63,585 nucleotides of DNA, filler included, from Octopus bimaculoides (GCF_001194135.2; 4 parts of 4 records of this genome joined end to end with filler, not necessarily neighbours in it); one strand, 5' to 3'; shown: positions 50,341 to 63,585, numbered from the whole stretch's first letter. Numbers and translations: made by a program. The notes: generated by a model not told the origin, from the letters alone.

Positions 50341-51419
50341 ATATTGTTGCTGTTTCTGCTGCTGCTTTATGTGTCACAAGGACATCAAAGACGATTTTTA
50401 AATCATTCAGATAAAGCAAAATGTGATATTTATATTTTTTTCTTTTCTTTCTCAGTCATCCAAAAATATTTTCTCATTGTTTGTTGCCTGATAATGGATA
50501 TTTCGTTTAAATATTCCTCTTGCTAAGATACAGTATTCAATCATTTTGTTAAAATATCTCTCATGTCAACACAAAATTTTCACTGCCTGGCATTTCGAGA
50601 AATTACTCCTTCCATTGATAAAGCGCCTGTTAATTTAGAATTAGTAAAATGAAAAAGTGTAAATTGTAAAGATTATCAATACTCTATGAAGCTCCAAGAA
50701 AATTTATCCCAGCCGTGCTGATAAAATTCACTTCATTTATTCATTGATTTTTTTTCTCTCATGTTTTGCTACACTTTTAGTTCTTCTGAATGGCATTTTA
50801 GTTAATGAATTAGTTCTGGTTGATGACCTTTATCTGCTATTTGGGATTTCTATTATCTAATAAATATTTTGAATGCATGGCTTCTTAAAATTTCAACCTT
50901 CAAAATCTGATGCTTTATATTTGTGGTAATACAGACCAAAATATCAATACTATGTTACTATTTATATTTTACTATGAGTATTTAGCAAGGTATGATAAAT
51001 GCTGACAAAGCTGCTACATAAATTATATATACAGTGCCAGCATACATCATGATTGTTGACTGACTGCTGAATACATTGTATACAAATCTTTTCTAATATC
51101 TACTTTATGTATTATATCTACTACTTTGCCATGCAAGTTTTATACCAATGTGCATGGGTGGGATCAATACTACTAACTTAAACATTTACATAGAATTTGA
51201 GTATGTTTTTTTCCCCAAACACTACAATCTACATTTTAAGTTTGGTGATCCAAATTGAATATCTTTATTAATCAGACAAACTTCAAAAGATCAGAAAGCT
51301 CCACAGAATTAGCTGATAGCTTTTATTACTTAGGTAACCTAAAAAGCAGTTGAGGTGGGGTTTCTCAAAGCATAGTTACCAGAATAAGAAAGTGCTGTAA
51401 AAACATTAAAACAAAAAAA

Positions 51420-51930
51420 TCGGGGAGTTATTGCCTCTGCTAGCAATAAACAGTTTTTCTTTCAGAGTGAGAGATTGTATGATGCATGTGTACAAAGTGT
51501 GATGCTGTATGGTAAAAAGATGTGGGCCCTGAATATGGAAGATCTGTGAAAGATGGAAAGATATGAAGTATGCACGTTGTGATAGACATGCATTATTAGT
51601 ATGCATGAATGGTAGAGCCCAAATTAGCTAAGAGAAAAACTGGGTATAAGATGGATCAGATATAATGTGCAAGGGTGATGACTGCACTGGTGCAAATTTT
51701 AGTGTGTATGAAGATGTCATCTAGATTAGGTGTGAAATACTCCACATGAATGGGAGCCTAAGGCAGAGAGAGACTAAGGAAGATATGGGAAGAAGTGGTG
51801 AACACTGATACCAAGAGGATGAGCTTCATGAAAAAAATGACAAAGGTATGCAACAAATGGCAAAGTCCTTGCTAGAATGAACATGCCAACTATACAAGCA
51901 TGGTGAAACAGGTGTGAAAATGATGATAGC
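51420..51930 (+). mobile_element. Degenerate RTE LINE 3' fragment
   Basis: RLYDACVQSVMLYGKKMWALNMEDL*KMER. Confidence 0.75.
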
Positions 51931-52761
51931 ACAGAAAATTGGGGTATTTAATGTTTACATTTGGTCTAACATCCTTCTTTATTGTTAATCACCATTCTAC
52001 CTCTCCCATTACTCCATCTTATATCTGTCTCCCACTACTACTCTTCCACTCACGCTTATTTCCATCACACTCACTTTTTCTATCAATCTCTCTTTTCCAT
52101 TACTCACTTCTCCACTTAACAATCAGGTAGTTGAATATAACTCCCTCTCCCTTTAATCATTCACTCACACCAAGCACTCATATTCTATTCTACTATCATC
52201 TTCTTACACTAGTTCACAACCATTACTCTCTCTTCTATTACTGTTTGCATTGCTCCTTCTCCCCACAATTACTCAGTCAAATCAATACAATATAATTTAG
52301 ACATTAAGTATAAACACTTCCTCCACCTAATCATGCATACAGACCCTGTATTCACCACCATGCTGTTTCCATATCTAGTATTACTCCCTTTAAGTCCCCT
52401 GCTCTTCCTGCCTTACCACATATTTTCCAGCACAATATGATTATTATTTATTATTCCTATCCTTTTATTCTTAAATTTTTACTTTTGTTTGTTTTAATTA
52501 TTCTCCAATCATGACATATAGTTGACATATAGTGAAGCTCCACCTACAGATTCACATTCCCCAGCCCTACCGAGTTCACTACCAAAATCAAGTACAACTA
52601 TTTGTCTGTTTGTCTTTATGTATATTTCGTTTCATATGCCACTGTTTAATAAGCATTTTGAAAGAAATATATACTTGACTGTCCATTTATGTATTGAGTG
52701 TCCCTTTACACATCTGTTGTTTGTAATCATTACAACCACAGTAAATACATCAGTAAAAAAC

Positions 52762-53014
52762 AAATGGTTCAACGGTCTTTCCTGCTCTATAGGCTCATAA
52801 GGCGGGTTTCCTGGATTCTGTGGTGTATATACTCCACTCTTGGATGGGACACCAGTCCATTGCATGATTACTCATATTTACCAGGTGAGTGAACTGGAGC
52901 ATTGCGAAATGAAGTGTTCTGTCCAAGAACACAGCACATCACTCAGTCCAGAAATTAAAACCACAGTCTTATGGTTATGACTGCAATACCCTAACCACTA
53001 ATCCATGTGCCTCC
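52762..53014 (-). mobile_element. tRNA-head SINE, family C (CORE-like body)
   Basis: Minus strand has a GGAGGCACATGGATTAGTGGTTAGGG head and GTGTTCTTGGACAGAACACTTCATTTC..GCTCCAGTTCACTCA body. Confidence 0.7.
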
Positions 53015-55348
53015 ACATGCATATCTATATGTGTGTGTGTGTGTAAGAATACTTCTATGGATTCTTAGCTGACACTTTGTATAGACAGATGTACATACCT
53101 AAGCTTTATAGAAAATATCTTTGTGAATGGCAAATGAATAATCTACACAACAAACCTCAGCCTTATACTGAAATTTTATTGGCAGTGATACAAACTTTTG
53201 TTTACCCTCTTACTTCAGAAATCAAATATATCCATTGAAAATTTCATTATCCCTAACTACAAAAAGCAGGTTTATATACCAGTCTATCTTTTGTTGAGGG
53301 ATGTCACACTTAAAACTATTTTGTATTGAAATATATCAAGTTTATTGAGACAACATAACTTGCAGAAAATATTAATTCTATTTTTTGGTAGATATTTAAT
53401 ATCATTTCTGGAATGACTATGGAATTTAATTTAATTTACTAAATTCTTTCATAAGGTTTTCTACCATATGCACTATTTCCACTACTTTAATTTGCTATAT
53501 AATACATGAAATGTGAGTTAGTAAGATATTTTATTTCCAAAGGGTAATAACAGATACTTTAACACTTGACAAAAGGAACGTTATCCAAAATCAATGGAGA
53601 ATGCTCTATCTTTCATGAAAAATAAAGAAATACTTTATAATTTCTACCATTCAGTGTTATGTTCAGTCCTACTGGAAATGCTATCTTATAAAAAAGGTTT
53701 TGTCAGATGTCCAGTATAATACCAGATAAGTAGAATTCATATTTTCTTTGTATTTTTGATGGCTTGAGGCATGAGAAAAACAATGCAGTCTACAATATAT
53801 TGGCTTTATGGAGGAGATAATGGTTATCAATTAGGTTTTTTTAGGAGAAAGTTGTATTATTAGAAAAGGTTAGAAATATGTTCATATGTCAAGTTTTTGT
53901 AAATGATAAGAACAATGTTATTTAGAAAAGCTGCACTAGTTATCAAATACAGGAAACACTTAATACTTCCCTAAGTTACAGTTTACGAATATTTATTTAT
54001 AGAATACATGCATTGATGTGTTGAGAAAAATTTCAATTCAAGACTTTGAAAGAGATATATTGATGCTATGGTAACATTCTGTGACTTGTATCTTTAAGGT
54101 ATATGTGTATACATTATTATTGCAGTAGTATGAAAGAAACAATGTATAGAAATATGTTTTAAATATACACACATACTGATATTATTAATTTTTAACCAGA
54201 CTGTTGTTATTGGGATTATTTATCCAATCTTGTAACAATAGAAAAAATTTTAATATTTATTTGACTTCTTAAGTCATTATATCAGAAAGATTAAAGGCAA
54301 TGAAATGATTTGTATAAGACAAAAGCTTTGTTTCATTTAAATGTTTCTTTCAAAAGTAGAAAATGAAATTCAGTTTGTCACTGAATTGCATTCTTGAGAT
54401 CTGAGAAGCTTTCTTCCTCTTTAGGAAAATTAATGAGTTAAAATTCTTAATAAAGTCTCTATTGAGTAAGTTTTCTTTTCTTTTTAGTTCTTTTTTTTTT
54501 TTTTTTTGGTTAAAGCTATTATATGTTAAATAACATTGATATCTGTAAACAAATTTACAGGTACATTTCGATTATTCTGTAAATTTCCAATTTAACTTTT
54601 ATTTCTTACATTACTTTTGAAAGAAATAGAAATATGTTTCAAACTGATAGCAAATTAAAAGGAAAGATAAACAATAAAAGAATGTATAAAAATATTTCTG
54701 TATAGAATATTACAAAAAAGTTAAACCTGACACATACAGAAGGTCAAAATGGTTTATTTAAAATGCTCAGAGACAAAGATAAATAGATTGTCAGAAACAG
54801 TAGTTATGCTCTTACAAATGGATACACTACTGAAATAAACTGTAAATAAAAGTACTGTCAGGACAACAAATAAGTCAGAAATGTTTAATATGGCAGCCCT
54901 TCTATAGACAGACAGCAGATTTTAGTGAAGGGCAGCTTAGATGAAATCAACTGTAAAGAGCTTCCAGTATGACAGGTTTTCGTTGTAGCTAGCTTTGTAT
55001 TTGGTCATTTAACTGAGACGCACAATACTAGTTTTTATAAAGACACTTTATTCCGGAACAAGGAAATAAACCAGGAAAGTAGGAAGGTATTTCATATGAA
55101 AAAATTTTTCAAATGAGAAAATGCTTGACACCATATGATGTGATATAGCCTGGCTGAATATTTTTCTAGGAATTCATTGTTTTGTGTGTGTATACATGTT
55201 TATGTATGTATGTATATATACATACATATATATATATGTATATATGTATATATATCAATTAAATTCTTCCTCTGAAGAAGGAGCTGGCTTTTAACAAAGA
55301 TATAAAAGTCCATTGTTGGAATGTAGATAATAAAAACAATGGCATATA

Positions 55349-56228
55349 TTGGGTCATCCCATAAATAATGTGGTTTTTTTCAACTGCATGAATTAAAGGT
55401 TGGAGGAGGATGGGATAAACTACCTGCATCATCTTGCAGGTAGTAATTTTACCTTGTACTTATTCTTAGTGAGTTTTGAAGAGTGCAGTTCAATTTTAAC
55501 AATTATTTTTTCAAAGCTAAAATGGAAATATTCAGCATATTTTGCTTTATGAGTTCAATAAAGGCAATAATGCAACAGAAAGAGTGAGGAATATTAATGC
55601 AGTATATGGGGATTGGACAGTAAGCATAAACCAGTGTCAACAGTGGTTCCAGAAAGTCCAAGCCGGAAACTACAGCCTATAAGATGAACCTTGTCCTGGA
55701 AGATCTGTAGAGCTCGACGAGGACGTCCTGCAAACCCTGGTGGAACAAAATCCCATTGTAAATGTTTAGGAACTAACAGAGAAGTTTGGAGGTTGGTCAT
55801 TCAACCATTCATCAACACTTGTGTGTCATCAGAAAATGACCATCTTTGTTTTCAAGATGAAAGGTGTTCTTCCATCAGGATAATGTATATGGCGAGGATG
55901 ACATTCCAAAGGCTGGAGCAGTTTGAATGGGAAACGATGCCTCACCCACCATATTCTCCTATCTGATTATCATTTATTCCACAGTCTTCAAAATCATTTG
56001 AACGGAAAAAATTGAATTCTGCAGATGAGGTCAGATAGTGCTGGAAGAGTATTTTTCGTTACAGACAAGTGAATTTTGGAAGAGGGGCCTTGCAAGTCTA
56101 GCAGAGAGATGGAAGAACATTGTAGAAAATGAAAGAGAGTATATTTTAGATTAAAAAAGAATTTTATCTTAATTTTGAAAAATAAAAGAAGTATAAAAAA
56201 AACCCACATTATTTATGGGATGACCCAA
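55349..56228 (+). mobile_element. Internally deleted mariner with both TIRs
   Basis: TIR TTGGGTCATCCCATAAATAATGTGG at both ends, TA-flanked. HTH HILLYEFNKGNNAT and C-terminal WETMPHPPYSP. Confidence 0.92.
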
Positions 56229-56248
56229 AATATATATATATATATATA

Positions 56249-56547
56249 CAGTGGCGGACTGGGTCTAAAAATATTGTTTGCTGGGAGACTAAGGGGGCCC
56301 ACCCACAACTACAATGCTATCATCTATTTCTTTTTTTTTTTTTTGTGTTAAATGTATTCTTTTCAACTGTCTACAAACACAGCCAGGCTGAAATAATTAA
56401 TGCAGTCTTTCAGGAGTCAATAAAAAATTCTCAAACTTGAGAGGATGGAACCCTTAAATACTAACATAGGCTCCCATATATGGATTCTAATGGTGCAGGG
56501 ATCCACTTGCTATTGGGCAAGTTGGCAAGCTGGTCAGTCTGCCACTG
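56249..56547. mobile_element. MITE (~300 bp)
   Basis: TIRs CAGTGGCGGACTGG / CAGTGGCAGACTGA, inserted in a TA tract. Confidence 0.8.
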
Positions 56548-57194
56548 TATACACACACACACATATATATATGATTGGCAGGGACTGCAAAATTGAAAAG
56601 TTAAATGAATAAAAATACCTGGTGTTATTTGATTCCATATCAGTTACATCCCTTTACCTCTGGCTTGACTTTGTTGTTCAATCTCACAAATTTTAGCAAA
56701 ATGTATAGCAAACGATGTACATGGATCATTATAATCTATATAACTTTTGAAAGTTTTCACTAAGCATAATCACAGTTCATTGACTGAAAAAAAAACAATA
56801 AAACAATACAGTCAAAACATTTATATTGCTATATTTTTTGAGAAACCTAACCATAACCGGAGTAGATGCTAATGTTAAAAGATATTTCTGCCAATCAAAT
56901 AAATATTCCTTTGGCTTCTAATTTTATTTAGAATGTAAGCCAAGAACAGTTTACTGTGCTTTATAATGTTCACAAAATCATCACCAATGGCACTAAGTAT
57001 TTACTGTTTTCTATAATAGTAAATACATGCATGAAATTTGACTAATTTTCATACTTACAATGCAATTAAACTTTCGTTTAAGAAAATATTAATGATAGTA
57101 ATACCAACCTTCATTATATTGCACCCTATGTTAAATGCAGTAAATATAGAACAAATTTTATCAAGTAATGAATAGGGAGAGAAAGAATACTATA

Positions 57195-58583
57195 CGTAAG
57201 GAAAACAAAAAGAGAGATAGGTGACGGAATATGTGTAACAAACGTACACGTAAAATAAAATTACACACTCTATGTGGCTTGTGTGTTTTCTGTACTCTGG
57301 TTATTATTATTTTCTTGTCTACGTTTTGTTTGCAATGTCCTGTACTCAGATATGCACCTATATATACAGGTAGACGTAGGTATGCACATACCTGTACGTA
57401 TATATGTGTAGTGAAACTACCTCCCGCCATTAGATACAAACTACTATCGCCATTACATACAATCTTCTCATTTAAATATAAATAAATGCGAGCGTAGTAG
57501 AGAACCCATTCCTTGTCCATCACGTGACTGATCATTATTCGAATCGGCAACTTCTTCGAACCGTTCCCGCCAGAACGCNNNNNNNNNNNNNNNNNNNNNN
57601 NNNNNNNNNNNNNNNNNNNNNNNNNNNNNNNNNNNNNNNNNNNNNNNNNNNNNNNNNNNNNNNNNNNNNNNNNNNNNNNNNNNNNNNNNNNNNNNNNNNN
57701 NNNNNNNNNNNNNNNNNNNNNNNNNNNNNNNNNNNNNNNNNNNNNNNNNNNNNNNNNNNNNNNNNNNNNNNNNNNNNNNNNNNNNNNNNNNNNNNNNNNN
57801 NNNNNNNNNNNNNNNNNNNNNNNNNNNNNNNNNNNAGCAACAAGAGTCTACTACTACTATCCAGCATCATCATCATGACCAACACGATTCTACGATTACT
57901 ACTAACCAGCAACAATCTCTACCAGCGTCAACACGATTTACTATGTACACCAAACCAAACTCCGCGGCCCATCTCTCTCTTCGATTCTGTTAGGTGACTT
58001 AGCTTCACCACAGTAAACAAACAGACAAGAGAACCACAGCCAGCGACGAACATCTGTATAACAAGAATCACGGCTAGGCATCGATGCCTCGACAACACAA
58101 CTAGTGATAAGCTCTGCCAAACTCAGCCTCCCTCACTTTCACATACAGAACTTTTCTTATTGTGTACCCAAGATCTGGTATAATTGCTCACGTGTCATTG
58201 ACTCTTTCTCTGCTGTAATATTTCACATACACACATGTATCACTCACATACACACTTTTCTTTGTATGACGGCCTGTCTTTGATTATGTTCTTATATGTC
58301 GCATTCACACTCTCACACAGACATACATCTTTAACGCTACAATAAATATCTCTGTTATTCATCTAATACGGTTGTGGTCTTTCATCACTGGTCATCTATG
58401 TTATCGTAGTATAACATAACATCTATATCATCATTTGGTATATATTTTGTGTTCGGCCGTGTGACTCGTTTAAATAAAAGGAGTCCTGTTTTTTCCATTC
58501 GTCACCATATCTCCTTTTATGAGTTCGCACGGTCGACCCTTACAATTGGTGACCCCGACGTGATCGCACGGTCGACCCTTACA
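57195..58583 (+). mobile_element. LTR with PBS and duplicated LTR end (Gypsy-like)
   Basis: Ends in CTTACA followed by a tRNA-Trp PBS. Candidate start (C)GTAAG at 57195, flanks TATA/TATG. AATAAA motifs inside. Contains a gap; the start is less certain than the end. Confidence 0.65.
58547..58564 (+). promoter_or_regulatory. Primer-binding site complementary to the tRNA-Trp 3' end
   Basis: TGGTGACCCCGACGTGAT is the reverse complement of ATCACGTCGGGGTCACCA, the known metazoan tRNA-Trp 3' 18-mer. Confidence 0.9.
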
Positions 58584-58704
58584 TATGCATATACTCATTT
58601 ATTATTTGTTTTACATGATCGAACGCCTGCGTCATCCCTGTTGTAAGTAGTTTTTTCAACTTTATATTTTCTGATGCGACTCTATCTCTTTCTCTATCAC
58701 TTTT

Positions 58705-58845
58705 CCCCCCTCTCGTTCTTCCTCTGTTACTACTACGTATCTCTCTTTACCCCTCTCGTTCTTCCTTCTGTTACTACTATATCTCTCTCTCTCTCTTTCC
58801 CCTCTCGTTCTTCCTTCTGTCACTACTACATTTCTCTCTTTCTCT
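58705..58845. repeat. Pyrimidine-rich minisatellite, ~45-bp unit x3
   Basis: CCCTCTCGTTCTTCC(T)TCTGT(T/C)ACTACTA recurs. Confidence 0.85.
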
Positions 58846-58983
58846 CGTTGCTCACCTATTCTTCTACTTCCTCCCCTTGTTTCNNNNNNNNNNNNNNNNN
58901 NNNNNNNNNNNNNNNNNNNNNNNNNNNTTAATTAATTAANNNNNNNNNNNNNNNNNNNNNNNNNNNNNNNNNNNNNNNNNNNN

Positions 58984-59165
58984 TTTCGAGCGTGGCCGTT
59001 TTCGTGCGGGTGACACGTAAAAGCACCCACTACACTCTCTGAGTGGTTGGCGTTAGGAAGGGAGCCTGGTGTAGCCATCTGGTTTCACCAGTCCTCAGTC
59101 AAATCGTCCAACCCATGCTAGCATGGAAAACGGACGTTAAACGATGATGATGATGATGATGATGA
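58984..59165 (+). mobile_element. RTE-type 3' UTR with (GAT)n tail
   Basis: GGTTGGCGTTAGGAAGGG..CCAACCCATGCTAGCATGGAAAACGGACGTTAAAC(GAT)n. Confidence 0.8.
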
Positions 59166-59179
59166 TATATACACACACA

Positions 59180-59900
59180 CAGGGTGTCAGTTTTTTGAGG
59201 TCATTTGTATGAATTTAGAAAAAGATGCATAGCTCATCAACAAAAAGATGTATTTGAAAACAAACTGGTACCAGTAATCTTGAGAATCCTTTTATCACGC
59301 CTATTCAATAAATCCACTGTTAGCATCACTGGTTGCTTTAATATGGGGTCAGAAGCATTGACATACTTGTATCAGATGAGTCATGTGTCTGAGTCATGTG
59401 TCTGAGAGAACATGATCATGGAGATTGGCATGCATCCATGCTTCGGTTATCTCAGCCTTATGAAATGGCACAGTCTTGTTGCAAAACACAGTCTTCCATT
59501 GCATACTCTGTCTATCCAGGGCCTCACAACCTTCTCCAACACCTTTGTGTAGACAGCAGCAGTGATTCTTTAGCTCTGTGAAAAACAGTGAAGAGGCATA
59601 ACATCTCTATCATTGCTGACAAGTCCCAAAACCATCGCAGTTGCTGGGAACATAGTGTTGTATGACCATTGGAACCTCATTTGGATCTCTGCATAACCAT
59701 CTGTTGTTTGTTCAGTTTACCTTTCGGTCCTGATTGAAGTTTTACTCATCAGAGAAAAACCAAAGCATTCCAGCCTCTTAGTGCTTTGCACAGATCGAAC
59801 AATTCTCTCTTGTCATATCTGACATAAACTGACCCCTTTGCATCACATGACATGTACTAGATATCCTCATGTACAAGTCTTCTGATGGTGTACTCAGAAA
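59180..59900 (-). mobile_element. Tc1/maT-like transposase remnant
   Basis: CAGGGTGTC terminus. Minus strand reads MVLGLVSNDRDVMP and YTKVLEKVVRPWIDRVCNGR..QQD. Confidence 0.75.
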
Positions 59901-60973
59901 CATTGAGTAAAAGAACATTATACACACACACACACAAAGTGAAAGAGAAATAATCATAGTAGAGATAGAGGAGGAGAGAGTAGTTATGGGAGGAGTAATA
60001 CAAATCAAAATTCTAAGGAAATAATATTTTTCGTTTCAAAGTTAACACCAAGAAATTTAATGAAACTTAAATGATAATTATGGTATATTTTCTCTTATTA
60101 TCCATGATGGCAAAACTATACTTCCAAAGTAACCCATTATATGACAGGTAACATTCTAGTATTTAAAGGTTTTGTAATGACTTGTTGTGATATATATTGT
60201 TGCTATTATGTTAAACTGCCGTAAGTCCAAATTTGGCCAAATGCATTTTTTTCAATATTTATTTTTGCTTGTAATAGCTGGTTCTTTTGGTCAAACTATC
60301 CTTGCTTCAGATGCCTAGATATCAAAAATTGTCAAAGTGTAGTAGAATGGTTTTGCTATGGAATGGTGAAACTATTTTTCATTTTCTGATAAAGCAAGGT
60401 TTTGGACTTACAACACTTTTGCATAATAGCAATGATATATTGTGTAAACTTCAATGATCTTTGATAATGCAGTATTTTTAAAGACCTGACTACTTGCCAA
60501 AAATACTCTGACTTGTAGCAAAACTGCCCTTTCAAGATATCTCTCAGTATTTGGTTAAGAGAAGTTGTAGCTACTTCATCAGTTACCTTGCTAAAATCTT
60601 TCTGAGTTGTCTGTTGGCAAAATTTTAACTGAGATTAGCACAATAACAAAAGTTTACCTCAGTGGTACCTACAGTTGCAGACATCATTCTCTTTTTATAT
60701 TGTCCCATCTTTTGAAGTGCTCTCTGGTGGTCATGCAGTACACCTTTCTCATGACGGTCACACAAATCCTAAAACAAAAGCCAATAAATACCAATAGTCA
60801 GAGACTTCAAAATCAAAGCAAGTCAAATTCTTTATAAACAGAATGCTCCAATGATTCTAATGTATTGCCTTTGTATGAAGGTACACACATACACACACAC
60901 ACGGTATTTGTGCTAAATTTAACAAATTGCATAAAAGGGAAAGAAAACAACATCCCATCCAAGAATAAAAGTA

Positions 60974-62233
60974 TTAAGTTGTCACATGAAATGTCATCTA
61001 GAAATGGATTTTTAATGAGTTTCTATGTATATGTTTGTGCTTACTCTTAACTCTTTTTCTTATTAGACAATACTATTATTCAAAATTGCTACACACAGCT
61101 CTTATGACAATGTTGACAACTGAACAATACCAAGTGATTTTCTTGTACAAATACAAGTTGGGTTATTCTGCCACAGAAACTCTATAAACCATCAAGCGGG
61201 CTTTTGGTAATGATTCTGTTGACATTAGTACTGTTCAGAGATGGTTCCATAGATTTCGTTCAGGAAATGAAAGCCTTAAAAATGAACCAAGAGGGAGACC
61301 AAAATCAGTTATCTGGCATGATGAATTGAATGGTTTGGTGAAACGAAATCCGAGAACAATGGTACGAAAAATCAGATCAGAGCTCCAGACATCTCCCGCA
61401 ACTGCTTCTTGACGCTTGAAGAAGCTTGGAAAAGTAAAAAAATATGAGATTCGAAGAAACAGACACCTTACAGTACGTTTCATGTTGATTTCTCGGTTGG
61501 AAAGAGAACCATTTTTGTATTGACTCATTATGTGCTTTGAGAAATGGATACTCTTTGATAAGAGGAGGAGGACAAGACAGTAATTAGACACAGGAGAGNN
61601 NNNNNNNNNNNNNNNNNNNNNNNNNNNNNNNNNNNNNNNNNNNNNNNNNNNNNNNNNNNNNNNNNNNNNNNNNNNNNNNNNNNNNNNNNNNNNNNNNNNN
61701 NNNNNNNNNNNNNNNNNNNNNNNNNNNNNNNNNNNNNNNNNNNNNNNNNNNNNNNNNNNNNNTTGCAACAAGGAAAAACTGTAACAGCAACATCCTATTG
61801 TCAAGAAATTGATTGTATGCACAAAAATTTTTTTAAAAAAGCAACTGAGTTTAGTGAATAGAGATGGCCCAATGATAATGAACAGCGTCACACTTCTCAA
61901 GCTATGGTCCACAAGTTACAAAGCCTGAATTAGGAAATTTTGGCACATCCTCCTTATTCTCCTGATATCTCTCCTACTGATTATCACATATTTAAACACT
62001 TCGAGCTTGCTATACGCAATAAAACATTCTTAAATAAAGAAGAGGTAATTGAAGCATTTGAACAGTTTATCAGTGTAAAAGATGACAAATTCTTTGAAGA
62101 TGCCTTAGAGGAATGTTGGATGAAGATCATAAATAAACAAGAATCATATTTTGATAAATAAATATTCTAAAACTTAGAAAACAATTTTAATGTTTCCTTT
62201 TTCAAATGTGACATTTCATGTGAGACAACCGAA
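60974..62233 (+). mobile_element. Near full-length degenerate mariner
   Basis: TA-flanked TIRs (TT..GTTGTC..ACATGAAATGTCA), HTH TVQRWFHRFRSGNESLKNEPRGRP and HPPYSPDISPTDYHIF. Stops present, internal gap. Confidence 0.92.
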
Positions 62234-62264
62234 TATTAAAAATATATATATATCAACTAGATTA

Positions 62265-63450
62265 TGGCTGGAAAATAACAGTTTACTCAAAGTAGCTGCC
62301 CTCAGCTTCCACCAACAGCCTCGAGACAGCTCAGGAACCTGGCACATACATTTCTCACTGGATATTCCTGGGAATATCATGGAACACCTCTTTGATTTTG
62401 GCCACCAACTCAGCTTTGGTTTTGCAGGCAGAGCAGTTGGTGTCTTTCTCAACCAGGCTCCACACACATTGTAATCCGTGGGATTACAATACAGAAGGAA
62501 GGGATTAAGAGGTCAGAAATTGGCGCTGGTAATGTCATAGAAATACACCAACAATCACTTCTGCCACATATATGGCCTTCCAGCAGCAACCCGCTCCAGT
62601 CAGAAATTGACCAGAAGCTTCATGTAGCTGTCTGAATTGAGCCTAAGGCTCTTTTCAAAGATGTGGAGATGAATTCTGGTTTGTCGATGTAGTAAGAATG
62701 CTGTTGGCAAATGGTCCTTCAGCAACAACATACCTTGATAAACTCAGTGGCTACTACTAACTTCAGGCCACAACAGACAGAGAGGATGCTCTTGAAGCCA
62801 AGGTTTTGAACTTACAGAGACAATATTTACATATTGTAGGGAAGTGGTTATACACCATTAGGTGTACACCGCTTCCGTACATTAAATTTCTAGAAGAAAC
62901 AACGGAACGCAGATTCTGAACAACATAACAATATTTATTTACAGTGGAATTCAGTTCACGCTTGGAGGGAATTCGGTAGCTCGTCGCCCTCGGTTACTGA
63001 AACGCCTTCTGAATGATTTCCGTGGTTATTTGTGAAGCTCTGGTGCTGACATGTGAGAGAGCTCTGTTGGACGTCTTGGCTCGACAGAGATCAGTCAACG
63101 AAGAGACTGAGAAAAGGCGCCAAAGCTGGGTGTCGAACTCTACGCATGCACATGAGACACTTCCTGTATTCCTCCCGGAACTAATCCCTGCGCATGCGTG
63201 GATAAAACTCCGGACATTGAACATATAACAGTCGTCTGCTATAAGATGTCACTACAATATCACCTGAGGAAACACAACTAGATCTCATAATTCAGGGAAA
63301 TGGTCGCATAATCAAATACCTGCATGCCTAGAGAATTACATTGCGTAGAAACAATTGTAGTGATTGAAAATAAATGTCCAACTGTACTCCTTCTTGTTGA
63401 CTCCTAATTTTTTCAATTATCTATTCACAAACCACAAAAGCCCAAATGCA
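62265..63450 (-). mobile_element. Tc1/maT-like remnant interrupted by a solo LTR
   Basis: Minus strand reads PHIFEKSLRLNSDSY, RVAAGRPYMWQ, NPTDYNV and AEGSYFE*. The part beyond 63257 is less certain. Confidence 0.7.
62835..63256 (-). mobile_element. Solo LTR (422 bp) with ATAT target-site duplication
   Basis: TGTAG...CTACA termini with ATAT on both sides (62831-62834, 63257-63260). AATAAA on the minus strand near 62935. Confidence 0.88.
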
Positions 63451-63554
63451 GACCTGAAAGTACATATAATACTACTACTGGATAGCACAGGTTGAAACCT
63501 GAAGGTGGATGAGCTTTATACTGTACTCTATTACGTTCTTAACAGAATATACTA

Positions 63555-63585
<31 letters not shown>

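Noticed and set aside
55265-55310. CTGAAGA hammerhead-core-like heptamer
   Set aside because: No downstream GAAA or paired stems could be traced.
58526-58583. Repeat-spacer-repeat pattern resembling a mini CRISPR array
   Set aside because: Only two repeats, the spacer is a tRNA-Trp PBS, and the context is eukaryotic with no cas genes.

Overview
AT-rich, microsatellite-dense animal genomic DNA with several N-gaps. The repeat content and gap style suggest an octopod cephalopod; that is an inference, no search was run. The only well-supported protein gene is the middle part of a plus-strand kinesin-3 gene of the KIF28/KLP-6 type. Nine GT-AG exons (19086-42767) splice in frame into 374 codons covering the motor C-terminus, neck/coiled coil, FHA domain and post-FHA region. 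I could not find the N-terminal motor exons or the C-terminal exons. The rest is intronic or intergenic, with tRNA-head SINEs, RTE, R4 and CR1/L2 LINE fragments, mariner/Tc1-like, hAT and piggyBac-like DNA elements, a Helitron-like end and three LTR-type insertions. Nearly all ORF-track entries are spurious or transposon remnants. The most interesting items are: a complete minimal hammerhead-like fold with a U3-A8 core (3173-3211); an LTR followed by a perfect tRNA-Trp primer-binding site and a 19-nt copy of its own end (58526-58583); a decayed repeat-protein ORF shown by synonymous bias between ~296-bp repeats (9466-10000); and a GC-rich insertion into a SINE head beside a 167-bp duplication (37985-39189). 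No CRISPR, rRNA or intact tRNA gene was seen.
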